Shown here: positions 1 through 18,000 of the stretch, piece by piece
Layout: each line of letters opens with the position of its first letter
How positions within the stretch are numbered: the stretch's first letter is position 1
Assembly: GCF_000485595.1 (NCBI RefSeq)
Contig: NW_014577091.1
Span: 250,763 to 306,946 of the forward strand
Length of the DNA stretch: 56,184 bases
Direction: 5' to 3'
From: Priapulus caudatus
Lineage: Eukaryota
The notes under the pieces: model-generated
Database searches by the model: none
Seen by the model: only the letters and a program-made list of their open reading frames with translations
What the model was told of the DNA's origin: nothing
Program-made: the position numbers and the translations under genes

Positions 1-523
1 AGGTAGAGTAGACTGGTACACTTACCGACCACTCCTGCCATTGTCAATGGTGACAAAAATGTTTTTATTTATTTATGAGAGGTGAACTCGATTTGGAACT
101 AGCAAACCAGCAAGTTCACCCCTACATTTTGGTATTTTTATTCCATTAATTATTTTGAATTTTCTGATGGCTTTGCCCATGCAAAACAAACATTTTCACC
201 CCACATGCAGTGCTTCAAATTTACACAAAGAGCTTCCCAGATTGCATCTCAGAGCTTCTGCAATTAAAATTTTTTCAGGTGGGGCACGCTCCCGGACCCC
301 TCTAGCAATGAGTAGCACCCCCATGCTATAATTTCAAAGCTTCGAGAACTTTGCTTCATCCTTTTCTATGTTTAGTACATTAAAATGTGTTTAACCGACT
401 TGTTTTAATTTTAGTGTAAGCATCCACTCATATTAATTTCATATCACTCATTGTGTTATCTTCGATCTTGTCTGTCATTGATTTCTCATAAACAGTATTT
501 TAATACCCTTCTTATTATTGCAG

Positions 524-6482
<5,959 letters not shown>

Positions 6483-7074
6483 ATGAATGATAACATGTGT
6501 CTAGCAAGTTGATGATTCAGATCTGTGTAGAGTTAGCTCCCATCTTCCCTAAACCTAAATAGCCATTAAACATGGGCTTGTGACAAATATGGCGAACTTG
6601 TACACTTTCTGTTATTACCTCCACGAACAGTTTGTTACAAATTAATACTCTGTAAGTTTTGGAAGTGCTTTTCTCCTCCTAACCCGGTATGACATTTGGA
6701 GGGTGCATGGTGTAATACATCAACCCTCGTTTATATCATTTATTGCTATTTTAGTAATTTTCATGCTATCTGCGTATGTCTAAACACCATGCACAATAGA
6801 AAAAACGAAGGATCTGATTGTAGCTTTTAGCTATCTATATATGTCTACGAGCACATCGAAACAATGGAGTTGTTTGTAAATAATACTGCGCATAGGTAAT
6901 TTGCAATGGGCTTCTAGTCCGGATTGAAATGAGGTTCGTACTGGTCATCAGAATGGAAGCCTTGTATTTCCCTTACTCTAGCCTTATGTACCCGGTGAAT
7001 TAATTATTGCTTTAGTCGAAAAGTTTTTTTCCCCCAAAAGTGGTCCGGTAATCTCCGGATAATAATCAGGAGTG

Positions 7075-7080
7075 AATAAA
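7075..7080 (+). terminator. candidate polyadenylation signal for IDH2
   Basis: AATAAA about 600 nt after the stop, followed by T/GT-rich sequence. Confidence 0.55.
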
Positions 7081-7874
7081 AGCAAATTTGTTTTTATTCT
7101 CTTTTGTGGCAATTGTAGGAAAAGGCAGCAGACTCTAAAGAGCGAGAACGGTTTTTGTAGGTGGACTTATGCCTCGAAACTAGCGGGAGGGAAATTAACA
7201 GGAACTGTGGCCAGTCGGGAGTGAAAAGTCTATTGAACGACGGTTGCTCAAGCATGCGAGTGTGTGTGTAAAGAGGCTTTGCCTCACAGCGATCACTCAC
7301 AGTGAACTGTGATACCCGTGCGATCATTACCGGTTCAGGCCCGTACGTCAGGTTGAACCACGTCAGTCGCCCACGCGTCAACCACTGCTGGGTCGAAACC
7401 AGAGTCACGCTCTTGTTTGACAGGAGTGTTGCCCCGTAGTGCTATTCGACTGTTTACATGGTGCGCAAGAGCTGCGTGTTGTACATTGGCATATTGTCAC
7501 TTGGTTGCCAATTGTAAGGGTGGACTTTGTGAGGTTGGCATTGAAGAAAAATCACTGACACTAGAAAATTTGTTGTCTATCTTCTGTAAATGTTGGTCAT
7601 TAGTCAAATGTGGCAATAATGATTAGGTAAAAATTAAGAACTGTCTTTCTTTGTGTTTTTTCTTGCAGTTCTTACACACGGCAATTATTTGAACCAATTA
7701 ATGAAACAAAGTATAATACCTTAAGTCTGGAACAAGTCGCACCACAACATTAGACAGCAAAAATCTTTGCCATCAAAAACTGAGAGGCGCCAACAACGCT
7801 CGCCCCGTTAATCCGCGCATGCGTGTGTATGTGTGAGCAGATGCATGTATGTGTGCCTGTATGAAGGGAGGCAG

Positions 7875-8825
7875 GTGTGGGTGCGTGCGTGTGTGTAGCT
7901 GTGTGTGCGTGCGTGCGTGTAGCTGTGGGTGTGTGCGTGTGTGTAGCTGTGGATGCGTACGTGTGTGTAGCTGTGGGTGCGTGCGTGGCTGCGTCCGTGT
8001 GTATAGCTGTGTAGCTGTGGGTGCGTGCGTGCGTGCGTGTAGCTGTGGGTGCGTGCGTGCGTGTAGCTGTGGGTGCGTCCGTGTGTGTAGCTGTGTAGCT
8101 GTGGGTGCGTGCGTGCGTGCGTGCGTGCGTGTAGCTGTGGGTGCGTGCGTGCGTGCGTGTAGCTGTGGGCTGCGTCCGTGGCGTGTGTGTACGCTGTGGC
8201 GTGCCGTGCGTGTGTGTAGCGGTGGCGTGCGTGCGGGTGTGTAGCTGGGGTGGCGTGCTGTGCCGTGTAGCTTGTGGTGCGGGCGGTGCTGTAGCGTGGT
8301 GTGCGCTGGCATTGCTGTGCGTGCGGTGTGCTGTAGCTGTGGGTGCGTGCGTGTTGTGTAAGCTGGCTGGGTGCTGTGCGTCGTGTTTGCTAGCTGCTGC
8401 GTGCGTGCGTTTGTGTTAGCTGTAGGTGCGTGGTTGTGTAGCTGTGGTGCGTGACGTGTGTGTAGGCTGTGGGTGCGGCGTGCTGTGCTGTTCGCGTGCG
8501 TTGTAGCTGTGGGCCGGGCGTCCGTGTAGCTGTGGGATTGCGTGCGTGCGTGCGTGCGTGCGCGCGTGATCCCACCGTGGTGGATAGCTGTGCGCGTGGC
8601 GTGCGTGTGTGTAGCTGTGGCTGGTGCGTGCGTGTGATTGATAGCAAGCTGTGGTGCGTGCGTGTGTGTAAGCTGGCTGGGTCGTGCGGTGCCTGGAGGC
8701 TGGCGGGGCTGTTGCGTGTGTGTAGGCTGTTGGGCGTGGTGCGTGGATGTAGCTGATGCGTGCGTGCGTGTGTATAGCTGTGGGTGCGTGCGTGTGTGTA
8801 GCACTGTGTAGCTGTGGTGCGTGCA
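7875..8825. repeat. compound minisatellite GTAGCTGTGG(GTGC)n between the two genes
   Basis: recurrent gtagctgtgggtgcgtgcgt units of about 24-32 bp; clean ends and a noisy middle. Confidence 0.9.
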
Positions 8826-10678
8826 GTTATAATTTTTCATCAGATTTGTACCCTGCGCTTTCACTTCTCTGCATAGCACGCTATACGCCCTAACATAAAG
8901 TTACTGTTGCTGCTTAATTTTTAACTGCCACTCCAATACGCTATGCACTCAACCGACATTATCAACCATATTTTTTTTATTAGTACAAGTTATTAATTTT
9001 CTTTGTTTTTCTTTTCTGTTTATACATTTTCATTTGTACAAGAATACGTGTAAACTAAATAGTGTACTAGCCGGCGCCTAGTATGCAAGCAGTTGCGTTA
9101 TTTGACACTTCTTTAAGTTCCCTTATCCGAGGGAGCATACATGCCACCCCCGCAAATGTCAACTCATATAGCGGACCAAAATTGGTCGTTATTCAAAAAA
9201 TTTCTGAAAAACAATGGGCTAGAGGCTACGAGTGTGCCCTCCAACATTCTATTCAGTTTGCACGTGCTATACATACACACACACGAACGAGCGCACACGC
9301 ACACGCACACGCACACGCCCACGCCCACGCACACGCACACACACACAATTACTTGATAGTATTTGTAGTAGTCTTGATAGTATTTTCCTTGACACAATAG
9401 CGTCATATAAGAAGTTCAGTGTAACAATTCCAATATTCAATCACAGTGACATTTTATTACAAGAGAATAGCCACACACAGATTAGCCATGATGGACGTCG
9501 GGTATAGGTAACTAACTGCGTATTATACGCAGCAAACTACAGTTACAGGTAGAAACTACTTTCACTAGTAAGATCTGACATTCTTAGTAGTCGTGAAAAA
9601 TAGTTGAAACATTCTGGGGGACTGTTCGAGTATGTAATGTAATAATAGCTTACCAATGAAATTTAACGAAAACTAAACAATGAACACTAGAGAGCACAAC
9701 AGATATTCAATGCAGTTTTTCTGTAATTTTGTTACGCGGCATATAAGTGTTCCCTATTAAATGCAGGCGTATTTTTATTTAGTTTAGAAATGCATGTTTA
9801 AATATTGAGAACATTGGCAAATTATTGTTCCACCTATCCATCTGACTGTTTGCATGAAATATTGAATAAAGCAATGTAGCCTCAGATTAAAAAGTTGTCC
9901 CCCGCAGCGGTCGCGCTATACTCGTGCTATTTCACTAATTAAATTTCACATGTACACATAACAAGGTCTTCAACCCACCCAATTTACACCGTTATGCAAA
10001 ATTTACAATAAAAGTCACTAGACATCGCCACCTTCCTGATGGCAAAAATATACACAAAACTGCAATACTTTACAAAAGTGCACAAAATATTCACTAATTG
10101 TTAAAAATCCTCTTCAATAACATTCAACAAAGCAATAAATTCCCAAATGATGCAACAAGCTGTAAGTTGAGCTATGTAAGCAAGAGTTGATACTCTTCAC
10201 AATAGGAGAATGCATGATTTATCTTCGTACAAACTGGGTCCACATCGTCTTCACACATGCCAAGCATGGCAATGACACACAACACCGTATCGTAATTATT
10301 ACAGGCTTGCTTAAATATAATTACAAGAAATCACAATGAAAAAATCTACAGCATGCGGTCGTTCGTGTATCGTAATAAACAAAAACGTTTATCATACACA
10401 ATAATCATAATTCGCAAATAAGTTGATCGTGCAGTGAACCGGAAACCAGACAGGAAGTGATACTGACCCACAAACATTGTAATTGCATTATTACATGATA
10501 CACAGACACCAACACATTAAATTTAATTACACATAAAAACAAAGTGTAAAAACTCCAATGTTAGAAAAGATACTCTTTGATAACCATGCCAGTCTAATCA
10601 CTGATAGATTCCTTTATATTCACCTACTATATATAACCTACAGTGGATTTACCACACGCGCGTACACATGCACGTATC

Positions 10679-10709
<31 letters not shown>

Positions 10710-11801
10710 GCACGCGCACACGCACACGCACACACACACACACACACTCGTGCGCACACGTGTATATGTACAGAACGAGAGGCAGAGACGGAAGGCTAAA
10801 GAAAGAGACGGTCTGTATTCAACGTAAATGTAGTACAATGATAGGAAATTCGTGAAGTTGACTAAATGTGAATTGTGGTCAGAAGAATCCTTACTATGAC
10901 TAGCTGGGGACGCAAGACTGCACGTCCTCGTTTACACTTCTAGTGTACGCGCACATTCACACTCATTTTCCTAATAACCTTACTATTCTTCCCCCTCTCG
11001 CTCTCTCGCGTGCGCAACTTCTAAGACCCTCTCGTTTCCTCAACGACTGTAAGACAAGGTTAAATGTGTAAGAGAAGAAAGAAGATACACGGAGTTTCAC
11101 AGACTCTCTGCATATATGTAAAGAGAAACTGGTAAGAATTGATGCTGCCCTTTCATTATTCTGGACAATTCTAAGCATTTCAACCTCTTCGTTTCCCCAT
11201 TTTTCTGTCCGATTAAATGCTTAAAATACAAAGACAAGATTTCATAAACTGTGATGATTTCGCAGCACCACATACAGCCACCAAAAGCCAAAAGGTCACA
11301 GGCACTAACTACTACATCTATAATTTGTACATAAAGAGAAAACCTCTGGCATACACAAAGGTTACGAGGAAAACGACAATGCACCACTTCGTTGGCAGCC
11401 ATGGCTCAGACCACATGTCACAACAATGTCTGGTCGTCCTTAATTCAACCATCTCCATTTAGGCAAGACATTTTTACATCACTGTGTACACACCACCATG
11501 CACCTGGGCAAAAACGAACCATCAACTGCCGAGCTGTATGCACGCTACATTGTTCTTGCTTCTACATGATTATGTGCATGGCAGCCCGCTGCACCCTACA
11601 GCATCCACCCTACGAGTCCCATATTTACAGCTCAGCAAAGGCCCTGCACTGCTATATACACCGCAACAGAGTTACCAGCAGTTCTGCCTGCAAGGCTAAT
11701 GTCCCTGCTGCTGCGACTATCACTGCTTCCACATAAACAGCACCAAGTTTTGACGCCATTGACGCGATGGCAGAGCGGCACCCTCTACCGCACTATTATG
11801 A

Positions 11802-12000
11802 TCATACGGTTGTCACCTCTTCATTTGCGAAAAATATAAATTCGTAATGCTCTATCATTAGCCACACAGCCTCTTCCAAGATCTTGGAAGCTTGCGCCAT
11901 CGTTTCAAAGGTTGTGAAGTCTGGTCGCAGGATGGTGGGCCAGAAGCACTTGGCGAGATTGTTGCTATCCATACTCGTTTCACGAGAATGCTGCGACACC
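11802..12000 (-). CDS. ARHGAP35: p190RhoGAP last coding exon ([26 protein letters not shown]...EEVTTV*)
   Basis: ttttag| acceptor; TGA at 11804-11802. Confidence 0.93.
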
Positions 12001-15000
12001 CTAAAAGAGAAACAGAGACGAGTTAGCACACAAACACACCTAATAGTAAGGCAACCGTCACTTAGGAAAAAAGACTAAAAGCACATACCTACCACCTACC
12101 TTACATAATTCAAATAAATTCATATTCAAACATTCATCTAATCCAATCCGGTGAACGGTTTCGAAATCATACTCTAGAATCCAAAGATGGATCAAAAACA
12201 GTATTGGCGGAGGTTTACAAAATTGCAGGCTATGTTACTTACTTGTGTAAGTGCACAAAGAAAAACTTGAGCACTTCTTGGTTAACCAACGGAAGCCTGT
12301 CGATCACGTCACGTATGGCGACCAGCCGGGCAGACTGCTCTCCTAGACCTGAACAGAAAAGTTATGTTAAATAATCTGTATAGATATAAAAAAAATAGCA
12401 TATGAGAAACAGCAATTATAAAATCATAAAGTCATGCAAACTTCATGGTCAAACAGGAGACGCCAGAAGACAAATGAATAAACATTGACTAGCTGTATTT
12501 AATTAAATCTCCGGGTAATATGGATGTTAGGGCGAATCGAAATTGTGGTCGACTGATGGGCAATAGCAGCAGGAGACCGATATATAAAAGTGCAATATAT
12601 ATAAGATATTATATATATTATATTAGATATTATATATATATTATATATATAGATATATATAAGATTGGCATATAAAAGTGCGTACTTGCAGCCTCTAAGA
12701 GGTCTTCGTAGTCAGAGCTGGGCACAAGGGGCGTAGGAAGCTCCTGAAAAAACGTCTTCAACGCAGTCGCGACCGCGTTTACAGGAATCTCAAGATCATT
12801 TGGGTTCACCGACGGATCCTCCTCGAATTTTTGCATGAGTAGATCAACATGTGCCTTGTTACCGGGAACTCGGTATAGGCCCTCAGAAGTTAGACCTAAA
12901 AACATGACAATATAAATATTGGTTCAACACATTTATCCAGCAAGATTGAATCATCATTTATACAGAGCACTACGTAATGTTATCTGAGAAGTATTTGAAT
13001 GTAATTTACTTTGCTGGCTGATTAAATAAGTCTACTTTGTTATAAAAATGTATTTTCCTGCAAACAATTCACAATTGTTAAATAATATTCAATTTTGTCT
13101 TTCATGGGATGATTTTAACATTTTTTATTTCTTACGCAAACTGGATAAAAACAAGCAATGGTGTACCTTCTTCTTCTATGAAGGTGATACACATTTCAAG
13201 GAACGATGGAACCAGACGATCTTCAGTCTGTACATATTCATCTAGCTCTCTCCCAACCAAGCCCTGTGATGTGCTACCACAACTCTTAGTGGAATTTGTC
13301 TTCTTACGTTGCCTCTTATCCTGCTTCTCCTGCCTCAACTTTGCCTTTTCCTGCAACATTATTAGGGTAAATTTATCTGTTCTATGCAATCGTCAACGGA
13401 AGTAGACGGTGGCAGTTATATTACTATACACTTCTTTACAGCAAAGCTCACAAAATACATAGAGCCAGGCTGTAGTTACACAATCATAAATTTAGTAACA
13501 TTTGCTGATATACTCAGCACACTACTGCAGTTAAAGAACTAAAGATACGTAGCAGTAAATATTAAATAGGTTCTAGAACAAATGACCCTAGAATAATTAA
13601 CCCTAAAACAATCGCCCAGCAGGCAATTACCACCCCACCCCTTTCAGACAATCATGCCTTGCACAAACACCTCCATGTCATTCACTTCCTTGACAACTAC
13701 CCCACCCACATGATTTTAGATTTTAGATAATTGTGTAAAATATAAATTCTTAAAAAATACACTTTAAAAGGAATATTATTTTCTTATATTTATTCGTGAT
13801 CACTTCAAGTCTGTGTAGTGTAGCATGTTTTATTGTCCAGGGGGTGGGGTGTAATTATTTGGGCAGTGTCTAGGGGTAAAAATCCAGGGGCTGGATATCA
13901 CAGGGATAATTATTCCGGAAGGGGGGGGAATATTTCTCCTGATACCAGTAAATAGGAGGTGCCGACTTAATATACTAATAATATATGTACCTATTCTATC
14001 TGCTGCACGAGTTTGCAATGAAAGGGCAATCAATATACTCTTACTAGGTGTTACCACAGACTAATTAACCACAGATTATTGACTAGCAAGTACCTCCTCT
14101 TTCATTCTTCTTTTCTCATCATCCTTTGCTTTCTTTTCCTCCTTCTTGCGCTGCTTGTCCTCCATCGTGATTGCAGCCTTCTCTGTGCCGCTGAATGACT
14201 TGATCTTCTTCTTCACACCTGGCCAGCCACCAACTTCGGTCGGCTCTCCCACCTCCCCTGTATCATCTGGAGTCAGAAGTTGACCAGGAGCCTGTTGAAA
14301 ATATGACAAACATTTATGTATTTACAGATATATGTAGTTAGTTCGAAAAATAACTATGCAATAGCAATAGTCACGTGGTATGCAACTATCAATATATGCT
14401 AACTCGGAAAACAATTTGCGACATGCTCAGATATATATTAAATTTATAAAAAAGAGTGGTGACGGGATCTTAAGAATCAAAGGTCATGGTTATTTGTAAT
14501 GAAGTAGCATCACAACGCACAGAAGGGTCTTGGCTGATTGTGACAATGTGGACATGCTCATTTTTTTAATTATGGAAACATTGAACTCTCATTATTACCC
14601 TGATCAATGGATCTTTAGGTGACACAATTTCATAGAGACCTTCCTCCTCCATCGACGATCCCATATGCTCTGGTCGAACCATCAAACCTGAAACAACGAT
14701 GGCAGTTTACTACAAATGTTAAAACAAGTTCAGTAAACACCTGCAGTTTAATTCCCTACAAAGCAATACAGTAAAATATATAAATTCTAATCATGCGACT
14801 TCCAACATTTATTTTGCGTATATATTAAATTTCCATGCTTTGTTTGTTTGTTACGTAATCTTATTGTAGTGCCATCGACTGCTAACTACAGTAAAATGAC
14901 CACATTAAAAATATGATTGGGCAGCCATGTATCTTGCACACAAAAGTTTAATGAATAAACATATACACACAAAAGTGAACATGTAAACAAACACAACTAC

Positions 15001-18000
15001 TATAAAAAATTATGTTCCAACGTTTACATTTGTATTCTACATAATTCTTAGATACCAAGAAGACATTAAATTTCATTGTTATTCATCAGCACTGTACATA
15101 CAATTATAAGATGATCGGGTTTGGATAGAGGTGGTTAAAACTGAGGAGACATGACTGGTCATTCTGTATTTAAATTTCATTCATTAAAATATAACGTCTT
15201 CTGACCGAAAGTCATAGAGTCTTCAAAGACTAAGCATTCTATATCTAAAGTCAAACAAATTGTGCATGTCTCACAACGTACTTCACTTAACTAATATAAT
15301 CTGCAAACACCAGGCATGCCATATATATTTACACAACTTGCAGCCGTTTGACTATGTACATAACCGAACACGAAACGGCAAAAAAGAATGTGAGGGACAA
15401 CTAAATATAACTCCATTTCAACCTCATAAACTATCATTAATTAAGTGTCACCACTAAAATAATAATACAGTAAGTCTGATGCATGACTAGTAAAACACTT
15501 GGCACGGCACACAAAACTCAAACACTATTACGTGACAACTGTGTAAAAATGCATAACAAAATGTATAAATAATAATAAAGTAGCAAACATACAGGTCACC
15601 ACGATGCAACCACACCATGCAGACGTCCGCGATGCTGCTCCTCGATGGCATGCTTTCTCAGCATGAAATGCATCGTTCGCTTACACACGTCAACAACAGA
15701 TCCTGCTCTATGTATGATATCCAAACTACACAGAATAGTAATTTCGATTCATGTGTGAAAAAATTCCATTGTACTTCAATCGCAATTATATAGCAATTCA
15801 AATACCATTTTTTTGCCGTAACTTTTCATCGAGTTCAATTAATTTTTCGCAGCAGGGACAACCTACGACCAACCGCTAAATCGTTTGGCTTAACGATTAG
15901 ACCTGTTGACAAACGCCGATAAAGTAACGATGCATTCACACATCCGCGATGTTCACACACACACACGCACGGGGGGGGGGGGGTAACAGGCATGAACCTT
16001 TGCCAACGTCGGACACGCTGTGGTGTCGGAAGTCGACGGGCGCCGAGATGAGAAGCTGCTTGTCCTGGGAGCGCAGCGGCTTGCGGCGCGTCTTCTTGTG
16101 CGGCGTCGGCTTGCGATGCACCTTCGCGTAGATGTTCTTCGGCTGCTCGGCAGCGCCGCTCTCGCTGTCGCTAGAGTCATCTACTGCGACACACACGTGC
16201 GTCACACTCCGCCTTAAGGGGGGCTTATGTCGGGCTTGCGAGCCGACTCGACTGGAAGCAACTGGCTGCAATTCACTGCGACTGCAGTGCTTAGGTCGGT
16301 CGACTGCGACGCGACTGCCTGCGACTGGCCGCCACTAGTTGCTCGGAATAGAACAGTGGGCAACTGGACGCAACTAGTTGCTGCCGATCGCTGCCAGTTG
16401 CTCGAAATCCAGTTGCTTCCAGTCGAGTCGGCTCGCAAGCCCGACATAAGCCCCCCTTTACGTTGTGTAACGCGAGCGACGCTAAAGCTTGGGTGCTGAC
16501 GTCGCTGCCAAACAAGCCACCTAGCGTGATACACGCGTGACACAGATTTATGTCGCCAACGCGAGCGACGCTAAAGCTCGGGCGATCCCGTCGCGCTGAT
16601 GTCGTGGTCAAACACATCACCTACCGTGACACGCGGGTGACATTCAGTTCTACATTGTCAACACGTGTGGCGTCAACCACAACGTAGAGCAGCACTATAC
16701 ACCGTGGCTCCTGGCATATATGTATATATGAGTAGGGCGATACAGCCTGAACTGTCTTGAAATTCAACACATGGCATTCTAATCACCCTGGCTACGGGAA
16801 CCTACCAATACCTGTCACTCTAATGCCGCTAATGGAGCTCGTTTTCTATCACACAAGCAGAGGATCTATACAGCTAAAGAGCATCTTGTTTCATAATGTG
16901 GTGATGAATACCACAGATGTGCAATCTAGTATTGTCCAGATTTTGTAAACTTTTAATGATTATTTTAAGGCTGTTGTTTGCTGTCTGAAGCTCCTATGGT
17001 CCAAAAGGGTTGGTTTGAAAGTCATTATACCAGCCAGATTAAAGAGCAAAAACCCTTCTCACCACCAAACAAAAATAGATGGTGACCCAAGTAAGGGCCT
17101 GCACGAGGTCTCGTCTTCCTTACTATTCATGACATTAAATAAAACTCACACCAAATTATAAATTTCGAAAAACAAAAAAATTCCACGCATTAGTTAGTCT
17201 ATAATACAAATGTCCAATGTCATAATGCAGTTAGACTACATAATTCAAATATCACAGTCCTTGATAAAACCGGATTTTCAACCGCAACACATGTTCATGT
17301 TTTAGCCTGCAACGTAATAAATACTAAACAGCTATTGCCATGCTCATAATAACCATTTCTAGGTAATGATAGATGTAAGGACGTAGTAGAAAAAGCATAG
17401 ACCCTGCACCTTGAACATTGCGCAGCTCCTGCACCTTCATCATCACGCATCTCACTGCCGTGATGAAAATGTAAAAAGCATAAAAAACCACATTGATGGT
17501 GCATTTGTACGCCATCAGTTCATTACTGGTTTCATCGCAAAATAGTGAGCATTATACATCATACACAACAGCATGTATGCGCAGAAGCCGCTCAACAACA
17601 CAAACCTTTGCTGGTAGCTTGCCAGGATGCGTTCTTGCGTACGGAGGACTTCATTCTGCGCATGTGACCAGGAGGTAGAGCATCCTGGACGAGCGCGTAG
17701 TCACCCGCACTTACATACAGTGGCAGGGTCTGGCTCGGAATCGCATCCTACGTACATTCGCAAACAACATTCATGTCATGTAGTTCAACACGCTGTTGTC
17801 ATCGAGAGAAAATTTTCCTTTAATACCAATCTATTATACTCTAGTCTTACCGACTAATATAATAAGACCAGAAGTAGATTCAGAGTAACACCAGCGGTCG
17901 ATTCAGAGTAACACCAGCGGTCGATTCAGAGTAACACCAGCGGTCGATTCAGAGTAACACCAGCGGTCGATTCAGAGTAACACCAGCGGTCGATTCAGAT

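Noticed and set aside
1..8. AG|GTAGAG as the donor of the IDH2 first exon
   Set aside because: Only two exonic bases would be in the window, so it cannot be supported.
7773..8879. 368-aa His/Thr-rich ORF
   Set aside because: It is a translation of the GTAGCTGTG/GTGC minisatellite, with no domain signal.
16468..16645. Two imperfect copies of about 90 bp starting AACGCGAGCGACGCTAAAGCT
   Set aside because: A simple local tandem duplication with no further structure.
17877..17999. 23-bp direct repeats resembling a CRISPR array
   Set aside because: Repeats are contiguous with no spacers, the context is a eukaryotic intron, and there are no cas genes.
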